DNA from: an uncultured Pseudobutyrivibrio sp.
GTDB lineage: Bacteria; Bacillota; Clostridia; Lachnospirales; Lachnospiraceae
Assembly (NCBI GenBank): GCA_945946605.1
Contig: CAMEWP010000001.1
Coordinates: forward strand, 1-60,630
Reading direction: 5' to 3'
Length of the DNA stretch: 60,630 nt
In this document: in pieces, positions 52,536 to 60,630 of the stretch
Layout: each line of letters starts with the position of its first letter
Numbering within the stretch: position 1 is the first letter of the stretch
The notes under the pieces: generated by a model
The model's input: only the letters and a program-made list of their open reading frames with translations
Databases searched by the model: none
What the model was told of the DNA's origin: nothing
Position numbers and translations under genes: made by a program

Positions 52536-53648
52536 ATGCAGAAGAAATATCGTGCCATTGCAGGGTATCGTGGGCTGCTGGTGATGATGACAGCCATGTG
52601 CTATCATTATCAGATCCTGTTCGGCGAATTTCCCCCGGTGGGAGAAGGCCTTGGGAGTATTCTTTTCCGGATTGCTTTTTTCTGGGGAGGACTGGCACCC
52701 AGCGCATTTTTTACCATGAGCGGATTTTTGCTGCAGGAGAGAAAGCATGATGCCATCTGTGACGGAAGTCTTGGCTTTGGGGCTTATCTGGTGCCAAAGA
52801 TGAAAAAGATTTACCCGCTGATGATGGTTACCACCATTTTTGTGGCGGTGACAGAACATGTGGGATATGGGCAGCTGGGGTATTTCCCGCTGCATGCCCA
52901 GGGCGGAGAATTGCGGTATTCGGCCGGGGCGGTGGTATTGAGTATCCTTGGACTCCAAAGCGGCTGGTTTTCGGAAGGGGATACCATGGCAGTGAACGGA
53001 CCCAGCTGGTTTGTCAGCTGTCTGTTTCTTTGTTATGTGATATATTACGGAGTTCTGCGGCTTTGCCGGAAGCACCATAAGGCAGAGAATCTTTGCTTTG
53101 CGCTGCTGTTGGCAGCGGGAGTGATCTTTACCATGCATCCGCTGTCAGTTCCACTTCTTTATCAGTCTTCGGCAAGAGGATTGTGGGGATTTTTCAGTGG
53201 TGTCTGGCTGCAGAAACTCACATCATCCTGGGATGATAGAAAGAAGCGCATGGGATGTATCCCGGTAGCGTTTATGGCTTTCGGACTTGGCATTTGGGCC
53301 TGGATGGGAAATGATTACAGCATGTTTCACTGGCTGATGATGGCACAGTGTCCTTTCTGGCTGTATCTGATCCTGTACGGAAGGGTGGTGCCAAAGATTT
53401 TTTCATTTGCACCCCTGGTAAGGCTGGGAGACATGTCCATGTCTCTGTTTTTGGGAAATGTGCCCCTGTTTACCTTCCTTTCCTGGCAGAATCTTACGGC
53501 GGGATGGGGACTGGATTACGGAAGATGGGATGTGTGGTTTGCCATACTGGCAGCATCCATTCTGACGGCAGTAGTGACACATCTGTTTTTTGAGAAGTTT
53601 TTGGCGGCCCGGCTGCGGCTGCCCTGTAAAATAAAAAGAAATCAATAA
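52536..53648 (+). CDS. Acyltransferase family 3
   Basis: [28 protein letters not shown]. Confidence 0.8.
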   Translation: MQKKYRAIAGYRGLLVMMTAMCYHYQILFGEFPPVGEGLGSILFRIAFFWGGLAPSAFFTMSGFLLQERKHDAICDGSLGFGAYLVPKMKKIYPLMMVTTIFVAVTEHVGYGQLGYFPLHAQGGELRYSAGAVVLSILGLQSGWFSEGDTMAVNGPSWFVSCLFLCYVIYYGVLRLCRKHHKAENLCFALLLAAGVIFTMHPLSVPLLYQSSARGLWGFFSGVWLQKLTSSWDDRKKRMGCIPVAFMAFGLGIWAWMGNDYSMFHWLMMAQCPFWLYLILYGRVVPKIFSFAPLVRLGDMSMSLFLGNVPLFTFLSWQNLTAGWGLDYGRWDVWFAILAASILTAVVTHLFFEKFLAARLRLPCKIKRNQ

Positions 53649-53670
53649 GGAAAAGATAGGAGAATTGAAA

Positions 53671-54717
53671 ATGGCAAAAGTAGCATTGATTACCGGAATT
53701 ACCGGACAGGACGGAAGTTATCTGGCAGAGTTTTTATTGGAAAAGGGATATGAAGTGCATGGTATTGTACGCCGTGCTTCCATTTCCAACACAGCAAGGA
53801 TCGATCACCTGATCGCTGCCAACAGCATTCATCTTCATGACGGAGATCTGACAGATGCCAACGGACTGATCCGTCTGATCGCAGAGATCAAGCCGGACGA
53901 GATCTACAATCTGGCAGCTCAGTCCCATGTACAGGTAAGTTTTGATGCTCCCATCTATTCCGGTGATGTGGATGCACTGGGTGTACTGCGTATTCTGGAT
54001 GCGGTACACACTCTGGGAATGGACAAGACCTGCCGCATCTATCAGGCATCAACATCTGAGCTTTACGGAAAAGTGGAAGAAGTTCCCCAGAACGAGAATA
54101 CACCTTTCCATCCTTTCAGCCCCTATGCAGTGGCAAAACAGTACGGCTACTGGATGATCAAGGAATACAGAGAGGCTTACGGACAGTTTGCCTGCAACGG
54201 TATCCTGTTTAATCATGAGTCTGAGCGCCGTGGCGAGAACTTTGTGACAAGAAAGATCACCCTGGCAGCAGGACGGATTGCAGAAGGTCTTCAGGATCAT
54301 CTGGAACTGGGCAACCTGGATTCTCTGAGAGACTGGGGATATGCTAAGGATTATGTGGAGTGTATGTGGCTGATCCTTCAGCAGGATGAACCGGATGATT
54401 ATGTCATCGCAACGGGAGTACAGCATACCGTAAGAGAATTTACCGAGCTGACATTCAAACATGTAGGCATCGACCTTCGCTGGGAAGGGGAAGGAATGGA
54501 AGAGAAGGGATATGACAAGGAGACCGGAAAAATGCTGGTATGTGTAAATCCCCAGTGGTTCCGTCCTACAGATGTGGTAAATCTTTGGGGTGATCCCACA
54601 AAGGCAAGAACAAAACTGGGCTGGAATCCCCAGAAGACCAGCTATGAGGAACTGGTAAAGATCATGGCAGAACATGATCTGGAGCTGGCAAAGAGAGAAA
54701 AGGCGCTGCAGCAGTAG
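53671..54717 (+). CDS. gmd: GDP-mannose 4,6-dehydratase
   Basis: [39 protein letters not shown]. Confidence 0.97.
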   Translation: MAKVALITGITGQDGSYLAEFLLEKGYEVHGIVRRASISNTARIDHLIAANSIHLHDGDLTDANGLIRLIAEIKPDEIYNLAAQSHVQVSFDAPIYSGDVDALGVLRILDAVHTLGMDKTCRIYQASTSELYGKVEEVPQNENTPFHPFSPYAVAKQYGYWMIKEYREAYGQFACNGILFNHESERRGENFVTRKITLAAGRIAEGLQDHLELGNLDSLRDWGYAKDYVECMWLILQQDEPDDYVIATGVQHTVREFTELTFKHVGIDLRWEGEGMEEKGYDKETGKMLVCVNPQWFRPTDVVNLWGDPTKARTKLGWNPQKTSYEELVKIMAEHDLELAKREKALQQ

Positions 54718-54747
54718 AATTACGCAAGAGCTGCGATAGAGCGGTGT

Positions 54748-54776
54748 TTGCAAAGAGAACCGGCGTGTGGTAGAAT
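54748..54776 (+). promoter_or_regulatory. Internal promoter before GT2
   Basis: TTGCAA-17 bp-TAGAAT with TGTGn extension. Confidence 0.6.
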
Positions 54777-54815
54777 ATGCCAATATTGCGAAAACCCCGA
54801 GAAAAGGAGAAAGAT

Positions 54816-55502
54816 ATGACAGATAAAGTGCTGAGTGTAGTCATTCCATGCTACAATGAGCGTGAGAGCGTTCTGGAGATTCTGGAAAAGGTAAAGGCTG
54901 CACCGATAGATCATATGGAGATCATTGTGGTGGATGACAAGTCCACAGACGGAACAACAGAGATCCTGAAAGAAAAGGTAGAACCCCTGGTTGACAAGGT
55001 GATCTACCAGGAAGTGAACACCGGAAAGGGCGGTGCTCTCCGCACAGGATTTATGGCAGCTACAGGAGATGTAGTGATCATTCAGGATGCAGATATGGAG
55101 TATGATCCCAACGAGTATCCACTGGTGGTAAATCCCATTTTTGAAGGAAAGGCGGAAGTGGTATACGGTTCCCGTTTCCTGAACCAGAAGGCAAAGGGTT
55201 ATCTTTTAAACCGTCTGGCAAACAAAGGCCTTACCATTCTTTCCAATCTGTTTACCCATCAGAAACTCACAGATATGGAAACCTGCTATAAGGCATTTAA
55301 GAGAGAACTGATCCAGTCCATCGATATCGAGGAGCAGCGTTTTGGATTTGAGCCGGAGATCACAGCCAAGATTTCCAAGAAGGGAATCAAGATTCAGGAA
55401 GTGCCCATTTCCTACTATCCCAGAAGCAATGCAGAGGGAAAGAAGATCGGATTCAGTGATGGAGTGCGTGCATTGCACTGTATCTGGCATTACAGCAGAT
55501 AA
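54816..55502 (+). CDS. GT2 polyprenol-phosphate glycosyltransferase (DPM1-like)
   Basis: IPCYNE, DDKSTDGT, QDADMEYDP, VYGSRF, TDMETCYK. Confidence 0.9.
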   Translation: MTDKVLSVVIPCYNERESVLEILEKVKAAPIDHMEIIVVDDKSTDGTTEILKEKVEPLVDKVIYQEVNTGKGGALRTGFMAATGDVVIIQDADMEYDPNEYPLVVNPIFEGKAEVVYGSRFLNQKAKGYLLNRLANKGLTILSNLFTHQKLTDMETCYKAFKRELIQSIDIEEQRFGFEPEITAKISKKGIKIQEVPISYYPRSNAEGKKIGFSDGVRALHCIWHYSR

Positions 55503-55548
55503 GAAACAGTAGATCACAATTTAGTAGATGATGTAGGCGATAATAAAA

Positions 55549-55599
55549 AAAGATCTGCCTGTGCGAAAGATTTGGCACAGAGCAGGTCTTTTCTTGTTT
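55549..55599 (+). terminator. Terminator-like hairpin
   Basis: AAAGATCTGCCTGTGC...GCACAGAGCAGGTCTTTT. Confidence 0.55.
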
Positions 55600-55640
55600 G
55601 GGAAGCTGCAGAAAAGAGGGCTGGAAGGAATTTGGATTTA

Positions 55641-55669
55641 TTGCATTATAAAGTGTAGTATTGTATAAT
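55641..55669 (+). promoter_or_regulatory. Promoter of the HAD-UbiA module
   Basis: TTGCAT-17 bp-TATAAT. Confidence 0.65.
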
Positions 55670-55714
55670 ATTGCTAATTCTATGGCCAGATTTTGGCATG
55701 ACGGTGGTTGGAAT

Positions 55715-56278
55715 ATGAAAGTATATGATTTTGATGATACCATCTATGATGGGGACTCATCGATGGACTTTTTACTGTTTGAGGGGAGGCGTCATCCGGC
55801 GGCTTTCCTGAAAGTGTGTGCAGGAGCCTTCTTTCCTACTCTGCGATATCTGTGCGGCAGGGGGACAAAGGAAGACATGAAGGAACACTTTTTTTCCCTG
55901 GTAACTGCGGTAAAGGACATGGACAGGGAACTGGAGCTCTTCTGGAATGTACATAAAAGCCGGGTGAAGCCCTGGTATCTGCAGCAGCAGGAGCCGGAGG
56001 ATGTGGTGATCTCCGCATCGCCGTATTTTCTGGTAAAAGCCGGGTGTGACTGCATTGGAATTTCCCATGTGATCGCCACGGAGATGGATCCGGCAACCGG
56101 CAGGATCAACGGATTCAACTGCAAGGGAAACAATAAGCCGGACAGATTCCGGGAATTGTTTCCGGAGGAGATCATACAGGAGTTCTACTCCGACAGCAGA
56201 TCGGATCTGCCCATGGCAAAGATGGCCCAGACTGCTTATCTGGTAAAAGGCAATACCGTTACAGAATGGAATAAATAA
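55715..56278 (+). CDS. HAD-IB family phosphatase
   Basis: YDFDDT, ISAS, NCKGNNK, YSDSRSD. Confidence 0.88.
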   Translation: MKVYDFDDTIYDGDSSMDFLLFEGRRHPAAFLKVCAGAFFPTLRYLCGRGTKEDMKEHFFSLVTAVKDMDRELELFWNVHKSRVKPWYLQQQEPEDVVISASPYFLVKAGCDCIGISHVIATEMDPATGRINGFNCKGNNKPDRFRELFPEEIIQEFYSDSRSDLPMAKMAQTAYLVKGNTVTEWNK

Positions 56279-56298
56279 TAGATCGTAAGGGAGAACAT

Positions 56299-57228
56299 AT
56301 GAAAAAATATATTAAAATCGCGCGACCGGATCATTGGATCAAACAGTTATTTGTATTTCCCGGAAGTTTGTTTGCGCTGCTTCTGGTGCCGGGGGTATTG
56401 GTAAGTGCCGGCATGATGGAGAAGATCATTCTGGGATTCTTTTCCACCTGCTTTATCGCATCAGCAAATTATGTGATCAATGAGTGGCTGGACGCGGCCT
56501 TTGACAAATATCACCCCACGAAGAAGTACAGAAGTGTTGTGGCGGAAGATGTGAAGAAAGAGATCGTGTATCTGGAGTATGCAGCTCTCACCGTTGTGGG
56601 ATTTATCCTGGGATATTTCTGCGGCAGAGAAGTTCTGTTCTGTGAGATCTGGCTCTGGGTTATGGGAATTCTCTACAATGTTAAGCCTTTCAGAACGAAA
56701 GATGTGGCAATTTTAGATGTACTCTCCGAGTCTGTCAACAATGCCATCCGTCTTCTCATCGGTTGGTTTATGGTGACATCGGATCAGCTGCCTCCGGTAA
56801 GTATTGTTGTGGCATACTGGATGGGCGGTGCCTTCCTGATGGCTACCAAGCGTTATGCGGAATACCGGATGATCGGAGATCCGGAACTGGCAGCCAAATA
56901 TCGGAAGTCCTTTAAGATGTATACAGAGGAACTGCTGCTGACTACGGCATTCTTTTATGCTATGTGTTCCTCCTTCCTGATGGGGATCTTCCTCATCAAA
57001 TACAAGGTGGAATTTATTCTGCTGATGCCCTTTATATTCCTTCTGTTCTGCTATTATTTTCATATTGCAAACAAACCGGATTCTGCAGCCCAGAAACCGG
57101 AGAAACTGTTTAAAGAAAAGTGGCTGATGCTGTATGTGCTGTTTTTGATCATTTTATTCTTAGTGCTTCTGAAGGTGAATATTCCCCAGCTGGAGATCTT
57201 TACACAGCTGGAACTGATTCAGATGTAA
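56299..57228 (+). CDS. UbiA-family polyprenyl-phosphate phosphoribosyltransferase (Rv3806c-like)
   Basis: RPDHWIK, NYVINEWLD...D.YHPTKK.R, KRYAE motifs of the DPPR-synthase subfamily. Confidence 0.8.
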   Translation: MKKYIKIARPDHWIKQLFVFPGSLFALLLVPGVLVSAGMMEKIILGFFSTCFIASANYVINEWLDAAFDKYHPTKKYRSVVAEDVKKEIVYLEYAALTVVGFILGYFCGREVLFCEIWLWVMGILYNVKPFRTKDVAILDVLSESVNNAIRLLIGWFMVTSDQLPPVSIVVAYWMGGAFLMATKRYAEYRMIGDPELAAKYRKSFKMYTEELLLTTAFFYAMCSSFLMGIFLIKYKVEFILLMPFIFLLFCYYFHIANKPDSAAQKPEKLFKEKWLMLYVLFLIILFLVLLKVNIPQLEIFTQLELIQM

Positions 57229-57275
57229 CAGGAGCGCAGAGGAAAGACAGATAGGACAAACAGGTTGGAGAACAT

Positions 57276-58403
57276 ATGGAAAAGTTTGATAAGATCATCA
57301 TAGGAGCCGGTTTGTACGGCATTTATGCCGCACACTACTGTGGGAAAAAGGGACAGCGGATCCTGGTGCTGGAGTGTGATGAGGCGCCTTTTAAGAGAGC
57401 TACCTATATCAACCAGGCCAGGGTGCATATGGGATATCATTATCCCAGGTCTATTTCCACGGCAATGAAATCGGCGGGTTATTTTGACAGATTTAACAAG
57501 GATTACAGTTTTTGCATCAACCGGGAATTTGATCAGATCTATGCCACATCCGCACAGTATTCCTGGTCAGACAGGAACCAGTTCAAAGAGTTCTGCCGTG
57601 CAGCGGGGATTCCCTGTGAGGAGCTTCACCCGGAACGGTATTTTAAAAAGGGAATGTGCGACGGAGCTTTTCTCACAAAAGAATACACCTACGACGCCCA
57701 TATCCTGCGGGATTATTTTTTGGAGGAACTGAAAAAGTATCCCAATGTACAGATACAGTACGGATCTATGATCCGGGAAATCCACAAAACCTCGGATTCT
57801 TATGTGGTGGTGGAAGAGGACGGAAGGGAATATGAGACCCCTTATCTGCTGAATGCCACCTACGCCGGAACCAATCAGATCTTAGAGAAGGTGGGATACG
57901 AAACCTTCGGCATCAAGTACGAGCTGTGTGAGATCATTCTCTGCGATGTGAATGACAAACTGCGGGATATTGGATTTACAGTTATGGACGGACCTTTCTT
58001 TTCCATTATGCCCTTTGGAAAGACGGGACTTCATTCCCTTACAGCGGTGGCATTTACGCCCCATACCACCAGTTATGATGCGCTTCCAACCTTTTCCTGC
58101 CAGGAAAAGAGCGGAGGTTTCTGCAGCACACAGCATTTGGGAAATTGCAATGACTGCCCGGCAAAACCGAAGACCGCATTTCCTTACATGGCAAATCTGG
58201 CTCAAAAATATATGCGTCCGGAATATGGATTCACCTACAAAGAATCCCTGTTTTCCATGAAACCCATTCTGATGAGTTCCGAGATCGACGATTCCAGACC
58301 TACGGTTGTGAGGGTATGTTCCCAGAAACCCACCTTTGTCAGTGTGTTATCAGGCAAAATAAATACAGTATATGATTTGGATGAGGTGTTAGAAGAGTCA
58401 TGA
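57276..58403 (+). CDS. FAD-dependent oxidoreductase (DAO/L2HGDH-like)
   Basis: GAGLYG Rossmann motif, NQARVHMGYHYPRS, MDGPFFS, SGKI. Confidence 0.8.
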   Translation: MEKFDKIIIGAGLYGIYAAHYCGKKGQRILVLECDEAPFKRATYINQARVHMGYHYPRSISTAMKSAGYFDRFNKDYSFCINREFDQIYATSAQYSWSDRNQFKEFCRAAGIPCEELHPERYFKKGMCDGAFLTKEYTYDAHILRDYFLEELKKYPNVQIQYGSMIREIHKTSDSYVVVEEDGREYETPYLLNATYAGTNQILEKVGYETFGIKYELCEIILCDVNDKLRDIGFTVMDGPFFSIMPFGKTGLHSLTAVAFTPHTTSYDALPTFSCQEKSGGFCSTQHLGNCNDCPAKPKTAFPYMANLAQKYMRPEYGFTYKESLFSMKPILMSSEIDDSRPTVVRVCSQKPTFVSVLSGKINTVYDLDEVLEES

Positions 58404-59341
58404 AAGAGAAAAATTTTATTTCTGCGGTAGTCTATGTACATAATGCGGAAAACAGAATAGAAAAGTTCTTAAAAGCGTTGATCTGTGTGCTGGAAGAGCA
58501 TTTCGAGCATTCGGAGATCATCTGCGTCAACGATTATTCCGGGGATGACAGTGTGGAAAAGATCCGGCAGGTGAGCCAGACAGTGGAAAATACCAGTATT
58601 TCTGTGGTAAATCTCAGTTATTTTCACGGACTGGAGATCGCAATGAATGCGGGAGTGGATCTCTCCATCGGGGATTTTGTGCTGGAGTTTGACAACACTG
58701 TTTTGGACTATGATCCGGAAGAGATCATGAAGGTGTACAGAAGAGCCCTGGAGGGTTACGACATTGTAAGTGCCTCTGCCAACCGGCGGGAGAAACTTTC
58801 CTCCAGAATTTTTTACACCGTTTATGATAAATATGCCATAAATCCCACCAATAAGATGCGGACGGAAAGTTTTCGGATCTTAAGCAGGCGGGTGCTGAAC
58901 CGGGCTTCCCATATGAATAAGACCGTTCCCTACCGTAAGGCGGTATATTCCTATAGCGGACTGAAGGCGGACAACATGGTGTATCAGCCGGTGGAAGGCA
59001 GTGGAACGGATTATAAACCCGGGAAACTGGAGCGTCGCAATAAAGTGGAACTGGGAATGGACACCCTGCTGCTGTTTACCAATGTGGGGTATCGTCTGTC
59101 CATGACCATGTCGGTGCTGATGCTGGTGCTGATGCTGGCTGTGATCATTTACACGTTTATCGCTTACGCCGTGAGCAGTCCGGTGGCGGGCTGGACATCC
59201 AGTATCCTGTTTTTGTCTGTGGCATTTTCCGGTCTGTTTATTATCTTAAGCATCGTGATCAAGTATTTACAGCTGTTGCTGGAGCTGGTGTTCAAGAGAC
59301 AGCAGTACAGTTTTGAAAGTATCGAAAAATTAACAAAATAG
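58400..59341 (+). CDS. GtrB-like GT2 protein with degenerate catalytic motifs
   Basis: GT2 fold plus two C-terminal TMs; EFDNTVLDYD where MDADLQD is expected. Confidence 0.7.
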   Translation: MKEKNFISAVVYVHNAENRIEKFLKALICVLEEHFEHSEIICVNDYSGDDSVEKIRQVSQTVENTSISVVNLSYFHGLEIAMNAGVDLSIGDFVLEFDNTVLDYDPEEIMKVYRRALEGYDIVSASANRREKLSSRIFYTVYDKYAINPTNKMRTESFRILSRRVLNRASHMNKTVPYRKAVYSYSGLKADNMVYQPVEGSGTDYKPGKLERRNKVELGMDTLLLFTNVGYRLSMTMSVLMLVLMLAVIIYTFIAYAVSSPVAGWTSSILFLSVAFSGLFIILSIVIKYLQLLLELVFKRQQYSFESIEKLTK

Positions 59342-59379
59342 AGAATATAGAGAGAAAAGAGAGAAGGGCTGTTGATTTT

Positions 59380-60336
59380 ATGAAGAAGCTGATTTCTGTG
59401 GTTGCACCCATGTACAATGAAGAGGGGACAGCACACATATACTGCCAGGAAATGAAGAAGATGACGGAGGGATTGTCGGACCGTTATGATTTTGAGATCA
59501 TTCTGGTAAATGATGGATCCAAAGACAATACATACGCTGTAATGTTGGAAGAGCAGGCAGCAAATCCCAAAGAGATCACCACGGTGTGCCTGTCCAGGAA
59601 TTTTGGACTGGAGGGCGCAGTTAATGCCGGCATCCGTAAGGCTAAGGGAGATGCGGTTGTGGTGATGGACGCAGATCTTCAGGATCCGCCTCACCTGATC
59701 CCGGAAATGATAGAGAAGTGGGAAAATGGTGCCGATATTGTGGTTGGCAGCCGGGTAAAACGCAGCAATGACAATTTCTTTAAGAAGGCCGGAGCCGGAT
59801 TTTATTACAAAGTCATGGACTGGCTGTCCGGCAAGATCAAACTGGAAAAGAGTGCGGCGAATTTCCGACTTTTATCCAGAAAGGCTTTGGACCAGGTATT
59901 AGCACTTCCGGAAGTCAACAGCGTGTTCCGGGTGGTGGTGCCCTTTGTGGGAATGAAAACGGATGTGGTGGAGTATGACAGGGACAAACGGTATGCAGGA
60001 ACCACCAAGTACAATCTGAAGTCCATGATACCCTACGCTTTAGACAGCATTACCGGCATTTCGGTGGAACCCCTTCGAAAGATCATGTTCCTTCAGCCGG
60101 CGGCTGTTCTGTGGTTTGTGGTATCTCTGGTTGCCATGTGCCTTACCGGGGGAAGCTGGAAGGCTGCCTGGTTTGTATCCATGATCATGAGTGCCTTTTT
60201 CGAACTGATCCTTCTGGCATTGGGCATCATGGCGGAATATATTGCCCAGATCATGACAGAAGTGAAGGGACGGCCCACATCGATCATATATGAGTATGTA
60301 CCATGCGAACATGCGCAGGAAAGGACAGAAGAATGA
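59380..60336 (+). CDS. GtrB/ArnC-like bactoprenol glycosyltransferase (GT2)
   Basis: PMYNEE, NDGSKD, SRNFG, MDADLQDPP, two C-terminal TMs, EVKGRP. Confidence 0.92.
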   Translation: MKKLISVVAPMYNEEGTAHIYCQEMKKMTEGLSDRYDFEIILVNDGSKDNTYAVMLEEQAANPKEITTVCLSRNFGLEGAVNAGIRKAKGDAVVVMDADLQDPPHLIPEMIEKWENGADIVVGSRVKRSNDNFFKKAGAGFYYKVMDWLSGKIKLEKSAANFRLLSRKALDQVLALPEVNSVFRVVVPFVGMKTDVVEYDRDKRYAGTTKYNLKSMIPYALDSITGISVEPLRKIMFLQPAAVLWFVVSLVAMCLTGGSWKAAWFVSMIMSAFFELILLALGIMAEYIAQIMTEVKGRPTSIIYEYVPCEHAQERTEE

Positions 60337-60630
60337 ATTTTGTAAGGATGGGTGATTCGGGATTAAAATTATCGGAAGTGACCTTTGGATCGGCACTGAC
60401 CATCGGCACGGAATCCTGCAGTCAGGAATATGCCGATCAGCTGATCGATCAGGCCTGGGAGCTTGGCATCCGCTCTTTTGATGTGTCAAATAATTACGGT
60501 ATGGGAAATGCGGAGATCCTTGTAAGCAGATCCTTAAAACGCTACCCCAGAGAAGAATATGTGATCGCCACCAAGGGTTCCTGGCCCATAGGAGATACGG
60601 TGTACCATCGGGGGCTGTCAAGAAAGCATA
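60333..60630 (+). CDS. Aldo/keto reductase, partial (runs off window; not in ORF track)
   Basis: Manual translation MNFVRMGDSGLKLSEVTFG...FDVSNNYG...VIATKG: catalytic D, Y, K; ATGA overlap. Confidence 0.88.
   Translation, partial: MNFVRMGDSGLKLSEVTFGSALTIGTESCSQEYADQLIDQAWELGIRSFDVSNNYGMGNAEILVSRSLKRYPREEYVIATKGSWPIGDTVYHRGLSRKH

Noticed and set aside
27463-60630. tRNA-Ser-anchored genomic island
   Set aside because: No integrase and no duplicated tRNA 3' end seen; a normal terminator follows the tRNA.

Overview
Chromosomal replication-origin region of a Clostridia-class Firmicute; gene order and protein style suggest Lachnospiraceae (inference). 1-10.3 kb (minus strand): the 5' half of a tRNA-Arg(CCU) broken at the anticodon loop, two conserved hypotheticals, parB-parA with two parS sites, rsmG, mnmG, mnmE, jag, yidC, yidD, rnpA, rpmH. 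10.4-20.7 kb: bipartite oriC with dnaA, then dnaN, an S4-domain protein, recF, gyrB, gyrA and a split class I fumarase. 20.7-27.3 kb: AraC/GH43/MFS/GH2 sugar-use module. Then tRNA-Ser(GCU), a small P-loop protein and a greA-family gene. The greA leader is one ~700-nt bulged inverted repeat (28733-29431) that pairs over the greA ribosome-binding site and first codons; this is the most unusual feature seen. 29.4 kb to the end: a >31-kb cell-surface glycan decoration locus with five Acyl_transf_3 proteins, many GT-C-like membrane proteins (including a five-member paralog family), an FkbH-ACP-MBOAT-SGNH (Dlt-like) putative glyceroylation module, four GT2s, GtrA, gmd and a HAD/UbiA polyprenyl-phosphoribose module with a DAO-family oxidoreductase and an aldo/keto reductase. 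All family calls come from motif recognition by eye; no database search or folding calculation was run.
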